NCBI GenBank assembly: GCA_000025185.1
Contig: CP001848.1
Coordinates: 1,650,001 to 1,682,000, forward strand
Direction: 5' to 3'
From: Pirellula staleyi DSM 6068
GTDB lineage: Bacteria > Planctomycetota > Planctomycetia > Pirellulales > Pirellulaceae
Length of the DNA: 32,000 nt
The notes under the pieces were generated by a model. It was not told the origin of the DNA and searched no databases. It worked only from the letters and a program-made list of their open reading frames with translations. A program made the position numbers and the translations under genes. Below, piece after piece: positions 8,974-21,600 of the stretch (the first letter of the stretch is position 1; every line of letters begins with the position of its first letter).

Positions 8974-9656
8974 CGAGCAAGCCTCCATGCTTACTGGGTG
9001 GATCGGTCGGAGCGATGTGCGGCCAGCCGTAAATGTCCGCATCCATTCGCTTCGAAAGTAGTTGTTTGGAGTGGTTTTCCAGGCTCTTTGAATCGGGTAA
9101 TCGAGTCGCCAACCAGCGTCGCTGGCTCCCAGAAATCGTTCACTCACCGGGGTGGATCGCCCGCGACTACCCCTGGGATCGTCGTTTTCGGGACTCTCTT
9201 GTCCAACGATACCCCGACTTGCTTATAGGGGAATCGAGAGGGGCTCTCAAGGTCGAAATCGAACCGCGCCATCGCCAGAATTAGTGGCGGATGGTTTCAC
9301 TTTGCTTGGCTCAGCCCTTTTGCCCCTGCCCTTCCTTAGGGATCTCGCTAATGGCGGTTTAAATTGCTGTGTAGCACATAAATTTGCTTTTTCTTCACAT
9401 TACGGGAGGTGCTTTAAGTGCATAGATTCTCTGGATATTAATGGTCTGAAGGGTTGTCGATGGGAAACTGCCTAACTACCATCATTCAAGTTGCCCATCT
9501 TTAACGGCTGTACGGACTCTCCCGCCGCTCGCCACCCTAGGCAACATACTCCTCACGTTCGTGCTGCGTGGAGGCGATTTCGCCTTGCATGCATCGCAAC
9601 ATGGCCGCAGCGAGTATCAGGTCTCCCCTGCCCTTTCGATTGAGCCGGAACAACTC

Positions 9657-12600
9657 ATGAAGCCCGCCCCTCGCCTGAAGTCACGTGTTCGCACCGCATC
9701 CAGCCGCATGGCAAGCTGTCGGAAGCAGCAGAGCCGCCGCTTGCTTCTGGAATCGCTCGAACAGCGACTCGCTCTCGATGGCACGTTTCACTTGCTCGCA
9801 TCGAGCAACTTCTCGCAAGACTGGACCAATGCAGGCCTGATCACCACCAACGACGATTGGTCGGGTGTTCCTTCGATCATCGGCTACATCGGCACCGGGC
9901 TGGCCAGTGGAGATGGAGTCGATCCGCAAACAGTACTCGCCGATGGATCGTCGACCGCTGTCGACGTGAACGCCAATCAAGCCAATCCGAATGGCTTTGG
10001 GACGGGTGGCGTTACCGAATATGCAATCACTGATCCGACGATTGCACTGGCCGGTTCGGGAACCGCCAATGCGCCGCACATCGTGCTCCATCTGAACACG
10101 TCGGGCCGCGAAAATGTGACTGTGTCGTATCGCCTGCGCGATTTGGAAGACACTAGCACTGATAACTCCATCAGCCCGGTCGCGGTGCAGTATCGCGTTG
10201 GTGCCACTGGCAACTACATCAATCTTCCAACCGGCTTTCGTTCCGACGTCACCACCGGTCCCAGCACAGCTGCCCCCGACACCTTGGTGAGTGTGGTGCT
10301 CCCTGCCGGTGCCAATAATCAGTCGCAGGTGTTTGTTCGCATCATCACCACCAATGCCGCTGGCACCGACGAAATGGTCGGCGTGGACGATATCAGCGTC
10401 ACGAGTACCGCTGCTCCGTTTGTCATTCCGACGCCGGGCAAAATCGCGGGCGCGAATCTGAACGTGGTGCAGAACGACACGGGGAACAATGTCACCAGCG
10501 TGACGGTGACCACGAGCCAAGAATTTGGCAACTTCTCGATGTTTCCGGGCAGTAATCGTGGCGACTACAACGTTCGCATCGGCAGCATGTCGCAGGCCCA
10601 AACACTGGCAGGTGGCATTCTCATTACATCGGTCAGCCAGAATGGTCGCGACAATGGTGAGGGGGGAGTGAAGTATGCCACGGCTTCGATCGATATGGGT
10701 GGCACTGGCTACTTCATTCCGATTCACGAAGCACCGTCGGGCAATGAATACAACATCAACGTAGCTGCTGCCTATTTCCCCTACAGCAACTTCATTGGCG
10801 GTTTCTTCCGCAACGACCCCACCAACAATGGACCGATTCTTGCTGCTTCGAGTTATACAAGCGCCGGTATCGATGTCGGTGAAGAGTTCACCCAAAATGG
10901 CACTGGCATCTACCAGTTTTCGATTCCTGGCGTGAACCCGCTCACCGACGGCATTCTGCTGGTGGTTGGTGGCAAAAACGAAGATAATTTTGGCATGACT
11001 CAGGCCGCCAGCGCCACCAGCTGGAACGTCATCGTGAAAGACAACGACGACGACGGCGGAGGCTCGGAATCCGATTCAGTCGGTCTCGTCTATCTTCCTG
11101 CTAGTGACCTTTATGTCACCGGGAAGTTCTCCGGCAACGCAAGCAAACTGTACGAGAACGGCAGCTACAACATCGCGCAAACGGGTACGGGAACCTATCG
11201 CCTCACGATTCCTGGCTACACACCTAACGATGGTGTTCTCATTCTTTCACCCGAGGGGAATGCTGGCCTGAACGTCGACAACATTGTCAGCTATGAGCCG
11301 GATGGCAACGGCTGGATCATTCAGACTCGCGATATTCCGGGCAATGGTCTGCAGAATGTGGAAGCAACTGTTCCGGTAACTTCATTTGCTTTCATTCCGT
11401 CGGATCCAGGCCATGCGCAGGCACCTGTTGCAGCGGCGAATCTAATCGTTGTTCAGAACGACACCGGGAACACCCCAGCCAGCGTGACCGTGACCACCAG
11501 CGAAGCGTCGGGTGGGTTTCAAATGCGACCGGGAAGCAATCGTGGTGATTACAACGTGCAGATCGGGCCGACGGCCAACGATGACGTCGCTGGAGGTGTG
11601 CTGATTTCATCCGTCTCGCAAAATGGACGAGACAATGGCGAAGGAAATGGGGTTGTTTTCGCCACTTCGGCGGTTGAAAACGATGCCGGAGCCTATTTCA
11701 TCCCCGTTCATAACGCTCCGGGCGGGGCCGAATGGAACATCAACGTTGCTGCCGCGTACTTCGATTACGATGACTATCTCGGCGGCTTCTTTCGCAACAC
11801 CACCAACGGTGGCGCACTGACGGTTGCCAATGCATCACCGGGAATCGTCAACGGTGTGAACTTCATCGACAACGCCAACGGTACCTACACCGTTACGCTC
11901 CCTGGCGTGAATCCCCTGACCGATGGCGTGCTAATCGCTACGGGTGGCAAGAACGAAGATAACTATGCCTTGTCGGTGGCCGCGACCGATACCTCGTGGA
12001 CGATCTTCAACCACGACAATGGCGACAACGGCGCCGCTTTTGAGCGAGATGGTGTGGCGTTTGTCTATCTGCCAAATTCCCCGTCATACATCAGCGGAAA
12101 GTTCTACGGAGATGCGACGACGGCGGTCAAGAACGGCGCGTTTTCTATTACGACAATCGCAGCCGGACGCTACAAACTCACGATCGATGGGTATTTGCCA
12201 GGCGATGGTGTGCTCCTCCTCTCGCCTGAAAACTTTGGCAATGGCGTCGACAACATTGTGACCTACGAGCCACTGGTCGATGGCTGGGAAATTCAAACCC
12301 GCGACTTGCCTCAAAACCCTCCTACCCTGCAAGGAATGGCAGCAACGGAACTCGTAGCATCGTTTGTGTTTTTGCCGAGTGCGGCGTCGAGCGTAGGGCT
12401 GGATGGCAGCGGTAATCTGATTATTGAAGAGATTGCGGGCGATACCGCCGACAACATCATCCTGTCGCGTAGTGGCGATAACCTGCGGATCTACGATCCC
12501 GACAATCAGCTGTGGCTCGGTGCAGGTGCAACTCGCATTGATGCCAACACGATTGAAGTTCCACTCGCCAGCATCACTGGCAATGTTCAAGTCTCGCTGC

Positions 12601-15600
12601 TGGGTAACGACGATCTGCTGACGATCGACCAATCGGCTGCTTCGTTCTCGATTCCAGGCGGCATTGTTTACAGCGGTGGTGGGCAGATTTCAGCAGCCGG
12701 GGACGGCCTGGCTGTGATCGGCAATTCCACCAGTTCGACCGCAGTCTATACGCCAAGCGCTACGACCGCAGGGAGCGGCACGATTCTGCTCGACGGCACG
12801 CTGCTGGTCAGCTTCTCGGGTCTGGAGCCGATCGATATCTCGGGGATGTTGACCGCCACGCTGGCAACTTCTGCCACCACCACCGATGAAAATTTGACGC
12901 TCACTAATGGCACCGATTTCTTCGCCGGCGGTACGAATAATGCCATCTTGGTATCGGGAACGACCGGCCTCGGTGGCACGCTGATCGAAACAGCTGCCTT
13001 CTGGAACAACACCAATCTGGTGATCACCACCGATGCTTCGATTGGCAACGACACAATCACGATTGCTTCGGCCGATTTGCACTCGAACACGAATCTCTCG
13101 ATCGACACAGGTGTCGGCAGCGACGTGATCGAGATCGATGGCTCACTGGTGTTTGTCGGCGATGTGGTCCTCGATAGCCAGCAGATCAACTTCAATACGA
13201 ACGGGTATGTCGCAGCTGCTTCGGTGCTGCTCGACGCTGGAAGTGGTGCGATCACCGACGACGATGCGGGACAAGACGTCAGCACGCCGGGCGATCTGCT
13301 GATTCTTGCAGGCGCTGGTGGTGTCAATCTCGACATCCAAGCGGGCACCCTTGACGCTGCGACGACTGGCAACGGCAACCAAACCTATCGCCAGTCGGGC
13401 GCCGCTACGCTGATCGACGGACTCGCTGCCGGGTCCGGCACGGTTACGTTTGCGACCGGCACGTTTAACAGCAGTGCTGCGAATGTGATTACGGACACGA
13501 CCAGCATCGCGCTCGGCGCAGGCGCGACATGGAACCTGAGCAACTTCAGCGAAACGATTGCGGCTCTCTCGCTGTCGACCGGCAACCCAGCGGGCTCGCT
13601 GGTGGCAACCGGCACGGGGACCCTCACCGTGGGTGGCAACATTACCCTTGCCGGTTTGGTGGGTGACACCGCCAGTGCCGAAATCAGCGGAAATTTGAAT
13701 CTCGGTGGCGTACAGCGCAGTTTTGTTGTCGCCGAAGCAGGCCCTGCATTCGACCTGCTCGTCACCGCAATCACCAGCAACGGCTCGGTGCTGAAAACCG
13801 GTCTTGGTACGCTCGCCTTCCGCAACGGCAGCAACTCGTTTGGCAACACCACCATCAGCAAGGGGACAGTGGTCGCCGACGACTTCAATAACAGCTTGGG
13901 GACCACAGGGACCATCACACTCGGCGATGCCAACACTGGCAACGATGCGGTGGCGTTTTATCTCGATCCAACTTCAGGCGGGACGATCAACTTCACTCGC
14001 CCCGTCACAGTCGCCAGCACTGGCAGCACTGCAACCGCAACGCTGGGATCCAACAGCGGCGCGGCGGGAATCGCGTTTTTCAGTGCCCTGGTGACGATCA
14101 ATCGCGATGTGGTGTTGCGCAGCACGCTCACCGATCGTACGCAGTATCGTGGCGGCATCACCGGCACCGGCAATGTGACGATCAACGGCGGTGCTCGAAC
14201 CACTTGGAGCACGAACCCTACGCTTGCCGAAGCGAGCAACGGCGCGTCGGTGTTCGACTTTGCAGGAAATATCTCAATCGAGGGAACTAGCTCCTACCTG
14301 CAAACCAACAGTAATTTTTCGACCGGTGCTTCCTCCCTGGCCACGAAGAATCTGAACGTTGGGGCCGGTGCCCAACTGCGAATGGCCTACAACTCCGATG
14401 TCACCGTGAATCAACTGACGGGAAGCGGAACGGTGAATGCCTATGCGGCATCTGCGTCCTTGGTTGCCCCTTCGGTGTTCACGATTGGCGCGAGCAACGG
14501 CAGCAGCACGTTCACCGGGGTCATTACGCAGAACGACAGTGTCTTGCAACTCGTCAAAACGGGGACTGGCACAATCACGCTCGCTGGTACTGGCACGAAC
14601 AACTACGCCGGTGGTACGGTCGTTTCGCAAGGGACTCTCGAAGCTGGCAAAAACTCGGCGTTTGGAACCGGCACGATCACCCTCAACGATGCCAACACCG
14701 GCGCGAACAACACTGCGCTGATTATCAATGCTAACGCCAACGGAGCGGCGCAAACCAACACGATCTCGAACGCGGTGCTGGTGCAAAATCAAGGAACGGG
14801 AACGACCACCATCGGTACTGTTCACACGTCGGGAAGTCTCGGCGCTGCGACTACGTTCTCGGGCGCTTTCACCCTCGAAAAAGATGTCACCCTGCAAGCT
14901 GGTCAGTCGGACCGTACGGACTTTACCGGCACCTTCGCCACCAGTGGTCCAGAAATTGTAGACCTGACGATCACCCGCGCCGCAGGTTCGCTGGGTAACC
15001 GAGTTATCTTTCAGTCGACTGCCAAGAACATCAATGGCGACATTTTTGTCTCCAACATCGGCGGCTCGGTGATGCTGCAAATCTTCACCAGCAACATCCT
15101 TCCCGATAGTACCGATGTCGACATCGCCGCGACTAGCATCTTCCGTCTCGCCAGCGTCAGTGAAACGATTGCAGGACTCACCGGCACGGGTGAAGTGCGT
15201 GCCAATGGTACGGGCAACCTGACGGTGGGTGGCAACAATGCCAGCAGCGTGTTTGACGGCATTTTGCGTTCGGAAGGTGGTTCCGCACTCAACTTGATCA
15301 AGACCGGTACCGGCACTTTCCAGCCCACCGGAGCGAACGTGCATGCGTCGAACACCATCACTGGTGGTGTCCTGCTAATTGGGGCCGATACGAACCTGGG
15401 TGTCGCGTCAGCCGGTGTCACCTTCAACACAGGCGGCACACTCCGCTACGGCGCGAGCTTCGACCCGTTAACCTCACGACCTTTCGTTCTCACGGGCGCA
15501 GGAACGATCGATACCAACGGCTTCAACAGCACGATTGGCAGCTTGATCAGTGGTGCAGGCCGGCTGACGAAAGTGGGGGCGGGGGTTCTGACTCTCGGCA

Positions 15601-18600
15601 ACGCTTCGAACAGTTTTACCGGCGGTCTCTCCATCAATGGTGGTGTGATCTCGGCTGCTTCGCTTGCTGGCGGCAACGGCCCAAGCCCCATTGGTGGCTG
15701 GTTGGGAACCTCGGCATTTTTCTCATTTGACGGCGGAACACTCCGCTACACCGGCACCGGTGCTTCGCCTGGTATCAACCGCGCTTTCACCATTAATGCT
15801 GGTGGCGCTACGATCGAAGTAACCGATCCTGCAGCGACCCTTAACTGGACCGATGCCGCTGGCGCTGGCCCGATCATTGGCACCGGATCGCTGACCAAAA
15901 CCGGTCCCGGAACGCTCGCGCTGCTAGGCTCCAACTCCTACTCCGGCGGCACCTTCATCGTGAGCGGAACCGTCACCGCTTCGCAGAACACATCGCTTGG
16001 GTCGGCTGGTGTCACGATGAACACTGCCGATACGGGCGCAAGCAACACCAGTCTGCTCCTGGCACCGACTCGCACGCTCGGCAACGCCATCACGGTGGCT
16101 AACGTCGGCACCGGCACAACGACGATCGGCTCGCTCGCCGGTTCGACGGGTGTTGCCACTTTCAGTGGCGCAATCGCACTGGGCAAAGACGTGACGTTCC
16201 TCGCCCAAAACACCACCACGCAAAACGCGGGGAACGATCCTGGTCAAACGAACTTCACCGGCAACATCACCGGCGCAGGTGGCGTGACGATCACGGGTGG
16301 CAACCTGGTTTCGTATCGCAATAACGCCTCGTCCAAGAGCTACACGGGCACCACCGTCATTGATGGCAATAGCCGGCTATCGCTCTACAATTCCGCTTCC
16401 ACTCCGGTAAATTCCACCGTCGACATCCGCAGTGGTAGCACGCTGATTGCTGAAGGCATCGGCAGCACGATCGGTGGCTTGACCGGTGCTGGCAATCTCG
16501 TCGCCAACAGTTTCTGGGGAACGTCGACTCTGTCGGTTGGCAACAACAGTGCGTCGACCGACTTCTCGGGTGTCGCAAGTGGTCCGCTCAACTTCACGAA
16601 GATTGGCACCGGCACACTCACGTTCAGTGGAACAGCTGCGAACACTTACACCGGCACCACGACGGTGAATACAGGGACGCTGGAACTCAACAAAACCGCA
16701 GGCGTGAACGCCATCGCTGGAAACTTGGCGATTGGCGACGGAACTGGCGGAGCGAATGCCGACCTCGTTCGCTTGCTCGCCTCGAATCAGATTGCCGACA
16801 CAGCCACCGTGACCGTCAACGGCACGAGTGGTCAGTTCAATCTCAACGGTTTCAATGAAACTATCAGCGTACTGGCGGGTGCCGGTAACACGACCCTTGG
16901 AGCGGGCAACCTCACGCTCGTCGGTGGCACACAAACGGTGTCGAGCGTTATCAGCGGCTCGGGCGGATTGTTCTACGCTCCGGCAGCCCTCGGTAACCTC
17001 ACGCTCGCCGCCGATAACACCTTCACCGGTGGTGTGACGGGAAGCAATCCGAACGCTCGCTTCATTCTCACCCATGCCAACGGTTTTGGTACCGGCACAG
17101 TTACGCTGCCGAACTACACCGCCAACACTACCGAAGCCAATCCCGCGATTGGATTCGACTTTGGCGCAAATACCACGACCGTAGTCGACAACAACATTGT
17201 GATTGGCAGTGGCCCGTTTCTGAATCAGTTCACGGTCATCCCAAACAACACACAAGTCGTGCGATTGACTGGCGAAATCAGTGGCGGAAATGCTGGCGCA
17301 ACGCATCGCTTCAACAGCAGCGGAAGCAGTCAGCACAACAACACGTTCACGCTCGAAAACAGTAGCAACAGCTTTACTGGCAACATCTCCATTTTCCGCG
17401 GAACGCTCGGCGTCAGCAGCGATGGATCACTGGGCAATGCGGCTAACGATATTCTGCTCGACGTCACCAACATCGTCCCTGGAGGACTTCGCTTCGACGC
17501 CGCGATGACCCTTGGTGCCGGTCGCACTTTGAACTTCCTCGACACCACGCGTGTAAACACCAATGGCTTCGATGTCACGGTGCTCGGCGTGGTCGCCAGC
17601 AGCGATGGCGACAACACGTTTGTGAAAGATGGTTTGGGAACACTTTCGCTCCAAGGGATCAACACCACCACCAGCCCCATTCGCATCGACGCCGGTCGGC
17701 TGAACCTCAACGGCAGCACGCTCGCTGCTGCGAGTTTCACCGTTCACAATGGCGGCACCTTGGGTGGCACGGGGGACATCAACGGCACGGTCACGGTAAA
17801 TACCGGTGGCACGGTCGATCCAGGGCTCAGCCCCGGCGTGCTCGAAAGCGGCTCGGTCAGCTTCGCAGCCGATGCCATCTTTAGTGTCGAAATCGGTGGC
17901 GGCGATGCTGGCGACGGCGCTGGATTCCACAGCCAACTGGATGTCACCGGAACGATCAGCATCAACACCGCTGCTGATCTGGCAATCGCCAGTTTCGGTG
18001 GTTATGTCCCCGTCGATGGCGAAAGCTACATCATCATCCGTAACGATGGCACCGACCTCGTAACTGGCAATTTCGAAGGGCTCGCCGAAGGGACGATCAT
18101 CAGCGCCGACTTCCTCGGAAGCGGCAAAACGGCTCGCATCACCTACCAAGGTGGCGACGGCAACGACGTGGCCATCATCGTCGATGGTCCCGCCACGTTC
18201 ACCGGCACTGCTGGTGCCGACGATTTCGAAATCCGCCGCGTGGTGAGTGGTCCTGCGAATCTGATACAGTTGCTCCTGGGTGGCAGCGTGATCGACTCGC
18301 GACCCACTGCCAGCCTCGGCACGACCAGCGAGTACACCATCAATGCTGGGGCAAGTGACGACTCGCTCTTCGTGAACTACGGCGCTAGCGGTGGTCTCTA
18401 CGACTTCCCGATCACCTTCAATGGCGAAACTGGTAGCGACGATCTCACCATCGGCGGGAACACCGTCACCACGATCGAACATACATACGTGAACGACAGC
18501 GATGGCGACATCGACCTCGATGGTCGCGTGATCACCTACACCGGGCTCGCTCCGATCACCGATAACATGTCGGCGGCCAATCGCATCTTCACCTTCACCG

Positions 18601-21600
18601 GTGGTGCCGAAACCATCACGCTGAGCGATATCGCGGGGGCTGGTATTTCGCAGATCGACTCGACCCTCGGCGAACTCACCACGTTCACCGCACCTACCAG
18701 TTCGCTCACGATCAACACCACGGGAGGTGGAGCCGACACGCTGATTCTCGCGGGAATCGATCCAATTTTGGCGGCGGGCTTCTCGAGCTTTGCCATCAAC
18801 GGCGATGCGAGCGACGCACTATCGATCACCGGCACCATCGACCTGGCGACTGGCCCCACGGCAGCTTCGGCCACCATCAGCACCGGTGCAATCAGCTTCC
18901 TCGGTGGACAACTTTCGGCCGACAGTTCGATTTCGCTTACGGCAACCGGTGCCATCACCACCGACACCGCAGCTATCGACGTGGTGACGACCGACCTCTC
19001 GATGTCGGCAGGAACCGGCATCTTGCTAGACACCAGTGTGACGACGATCACCTCGGCCACGAGCACTGCTGGAAACATCATCATCACGGAACTCAATGGC
19101 CTCACCGCGACGCTAATTACCGCCTCGGCGGGAAGCATTACACTCTCGACTCCGACGGGTAACCTTGCGATTGGAGCGCTCACAGCGGTGGGGGATGCGA
19201 CGCTGGTGGCGACGACGGGGGCGATTACGGATGCGAATGCAGGTGTGCTCAATCTGTCGGCGAACAACCTGAGCGCGACGAGCGCGACAGGGATCGATCT
19301 CGATACGAGCATCGCTACGCTCACCGCCAGCGTCACTGGCACCGGCGCGATCGACATCGATGAAGCGAGCGCCATCACGCTCACAAGCATCACGACCAAC
19401 AACGGTCTCGTCGACATCACCTCGGCGACCGGCACGATGACCGTCACGAGCATCAATGCCGCCGGCGCGGTGAACCTCGCGGTGACCGATACCGGCGCTG
19501 CCGACGACGACATCATCGTCAGTGGCACACTCAGCTCGACGAGCAATGTGGTGCTGCTGGCAGGTGACGATGCGACCCTCAGCGGCACGATCAGCGCGAC
19601 GGGAACCGTCAGCGTGACGATTGATGCGGCGAGTGCGGATGTGGGTGGCGCGACGCTGAGCTTTGCAGGGGATATCGACGCGGTGAGCGCGACGTTCACC
19701 GGCGGCGCGGAGATCGATACGTTCAACGTCCGGCCCGATCAAGACAATGGTCTCGCGAGCACACCGATCAGCATTTTTGGTGGCGATCCGACGATGCCTG
19801 CGGGCGATCTTTTAGTGCTCGATATCACGGGACTCGGCGTGCCGACATTGACGCTCGGCGCAGTCAACTACAGCGGCGTTTGGTCGTTCGGCGCGTCGGC
19901 GGCAGGGGTTGCGTATAGCTCGATTGAAACGGTGCAAACGACGCCGCTGACGTCGGTCTACAACCTCGTGCTCGACATGCGAATCGCCGGCTTCCAGAAC
20001 GGCGCGGCCGACGCGATCGAGATCTTCCTGAGTGCACCGAACGTGTTCGAAGTCGAGGTGAATGGCCTCGGCAAGTTCAGTGGCCAGGCCGATACGATCA
20101 ACAGCTTCACGGTGATCGGTAGCAGCGATAGTGAGTCGCTGACGATTCGCGAAACAGCAGCGGGACTCCCGAGCTTCGACGGCGCTGCGCCGCTGGTCGA
20201 CAACAGCCTCGCGTCGGGTGGTGTGAGCAATGGCGCGCACTTGAATATAGCCGCCGATGCTTACTACACCGCGAGCAATCTGACCGATGTGACGATCCAC
20301 TTCGATGGCGGACTCGGCGATAACAGCCTCGCGCTCGAGCTCCTTACTGCCGCTGATGTCGGTTACTTCAGCGACGTCCTCGATGGTCAAGGAAGTGGCA
20401 ACGTCGGTGTGGGGCCGAGTGGCGCGCCGCTGACCCTCGTCAGCTTCGCCGACCTCGACACGCTCATCCTCGACGGCGCTGGTGGCAACCTCGTCGTCGA
20501 TGCTTCGAGCAGCACGAGCACTGCCGATATCGAGATCAGCGACGATGGTGCAGCAGCTGATGGCGTGACCGAGATCACCGCCGATACGGGTCTCGTCGCG
20601 ACGACCACCTTCGAAGGTTTCCTCGCGCTCGACCTCATCGCGGGTGGCGGCAACGAAGCGATTGATCTGGTGAACATCGACAGCACGTCGAGCCTCACGA
20701 GCATCGATATCGTGGCTGGTTCGTCGCTCGCGGCGACCGACAACAGCGCTCACACGGTTCGCATCCACGCGATCAAGAGTGGCGTGCCCGTGACGGTAAC
20801 GGGCGACATCGGGGTCGACACGTTCCAGGTGTTTGACAGCGGGAATTCCGCATCGAACATCGCCTCGACTCTGTCGTTCAATGGCGTTGCCGGGGACGAC
20901 GACTCGCTGATCGTCGTCGACAGCGGAAGTGTGTCGGCCGACTCCGTCGTCATCACGCGCACCACGATCGAAGGGCTCACGATCGCGTCGGGAATCGACA
21001 TCACGTTCACGAGCATCGACGATCTCGATGTCACCACGTCGGGCGGCGCCGATACGATCCGCGTCAACATGACCGAAGCGGCCAACGACCTTGATACCGC
21101 CGTCGTCACCGGTGCCGGAGACAACGATCAGTTCTACGTCAACGCAGCTGACTTCCTCGCACGGCTCACCCTCAACGGTGGTCTTGGCGACGACACCTTC
21201 GGCGGCACACCATCGAGCACCGCGCCTGGCTATCTGCTGAGCGCCAGTGAACTCGACGGCGTCGATGACATGATTCGCCCGAGCCTCACGACCCCCTTCT
21301 TCATCAACGGCAACGATCCCTCGGTGCTGCCGGGCGATGTGCTGAACATCGATGTCTCGGCGCTCGGCGGTGGACTCGCCGCGACGAGCCCCGTGCTCGT
21401 GAGCAGCGGACAAGTGTTGAGCTCGACGCACGCGACCGTCACCTTCACCACGATCGAAGATCTCAACTTGGCCGACGATGGCGAGATGACGAGCGCCACG
21501 ATCAATGACATCTACATCCGCGGCACCAATGGCAATGACACGATTCAGTTCGCTCGCGCCAACACGACGCTTGAACCCAGCCGCACTCGCGTGCAGATCG

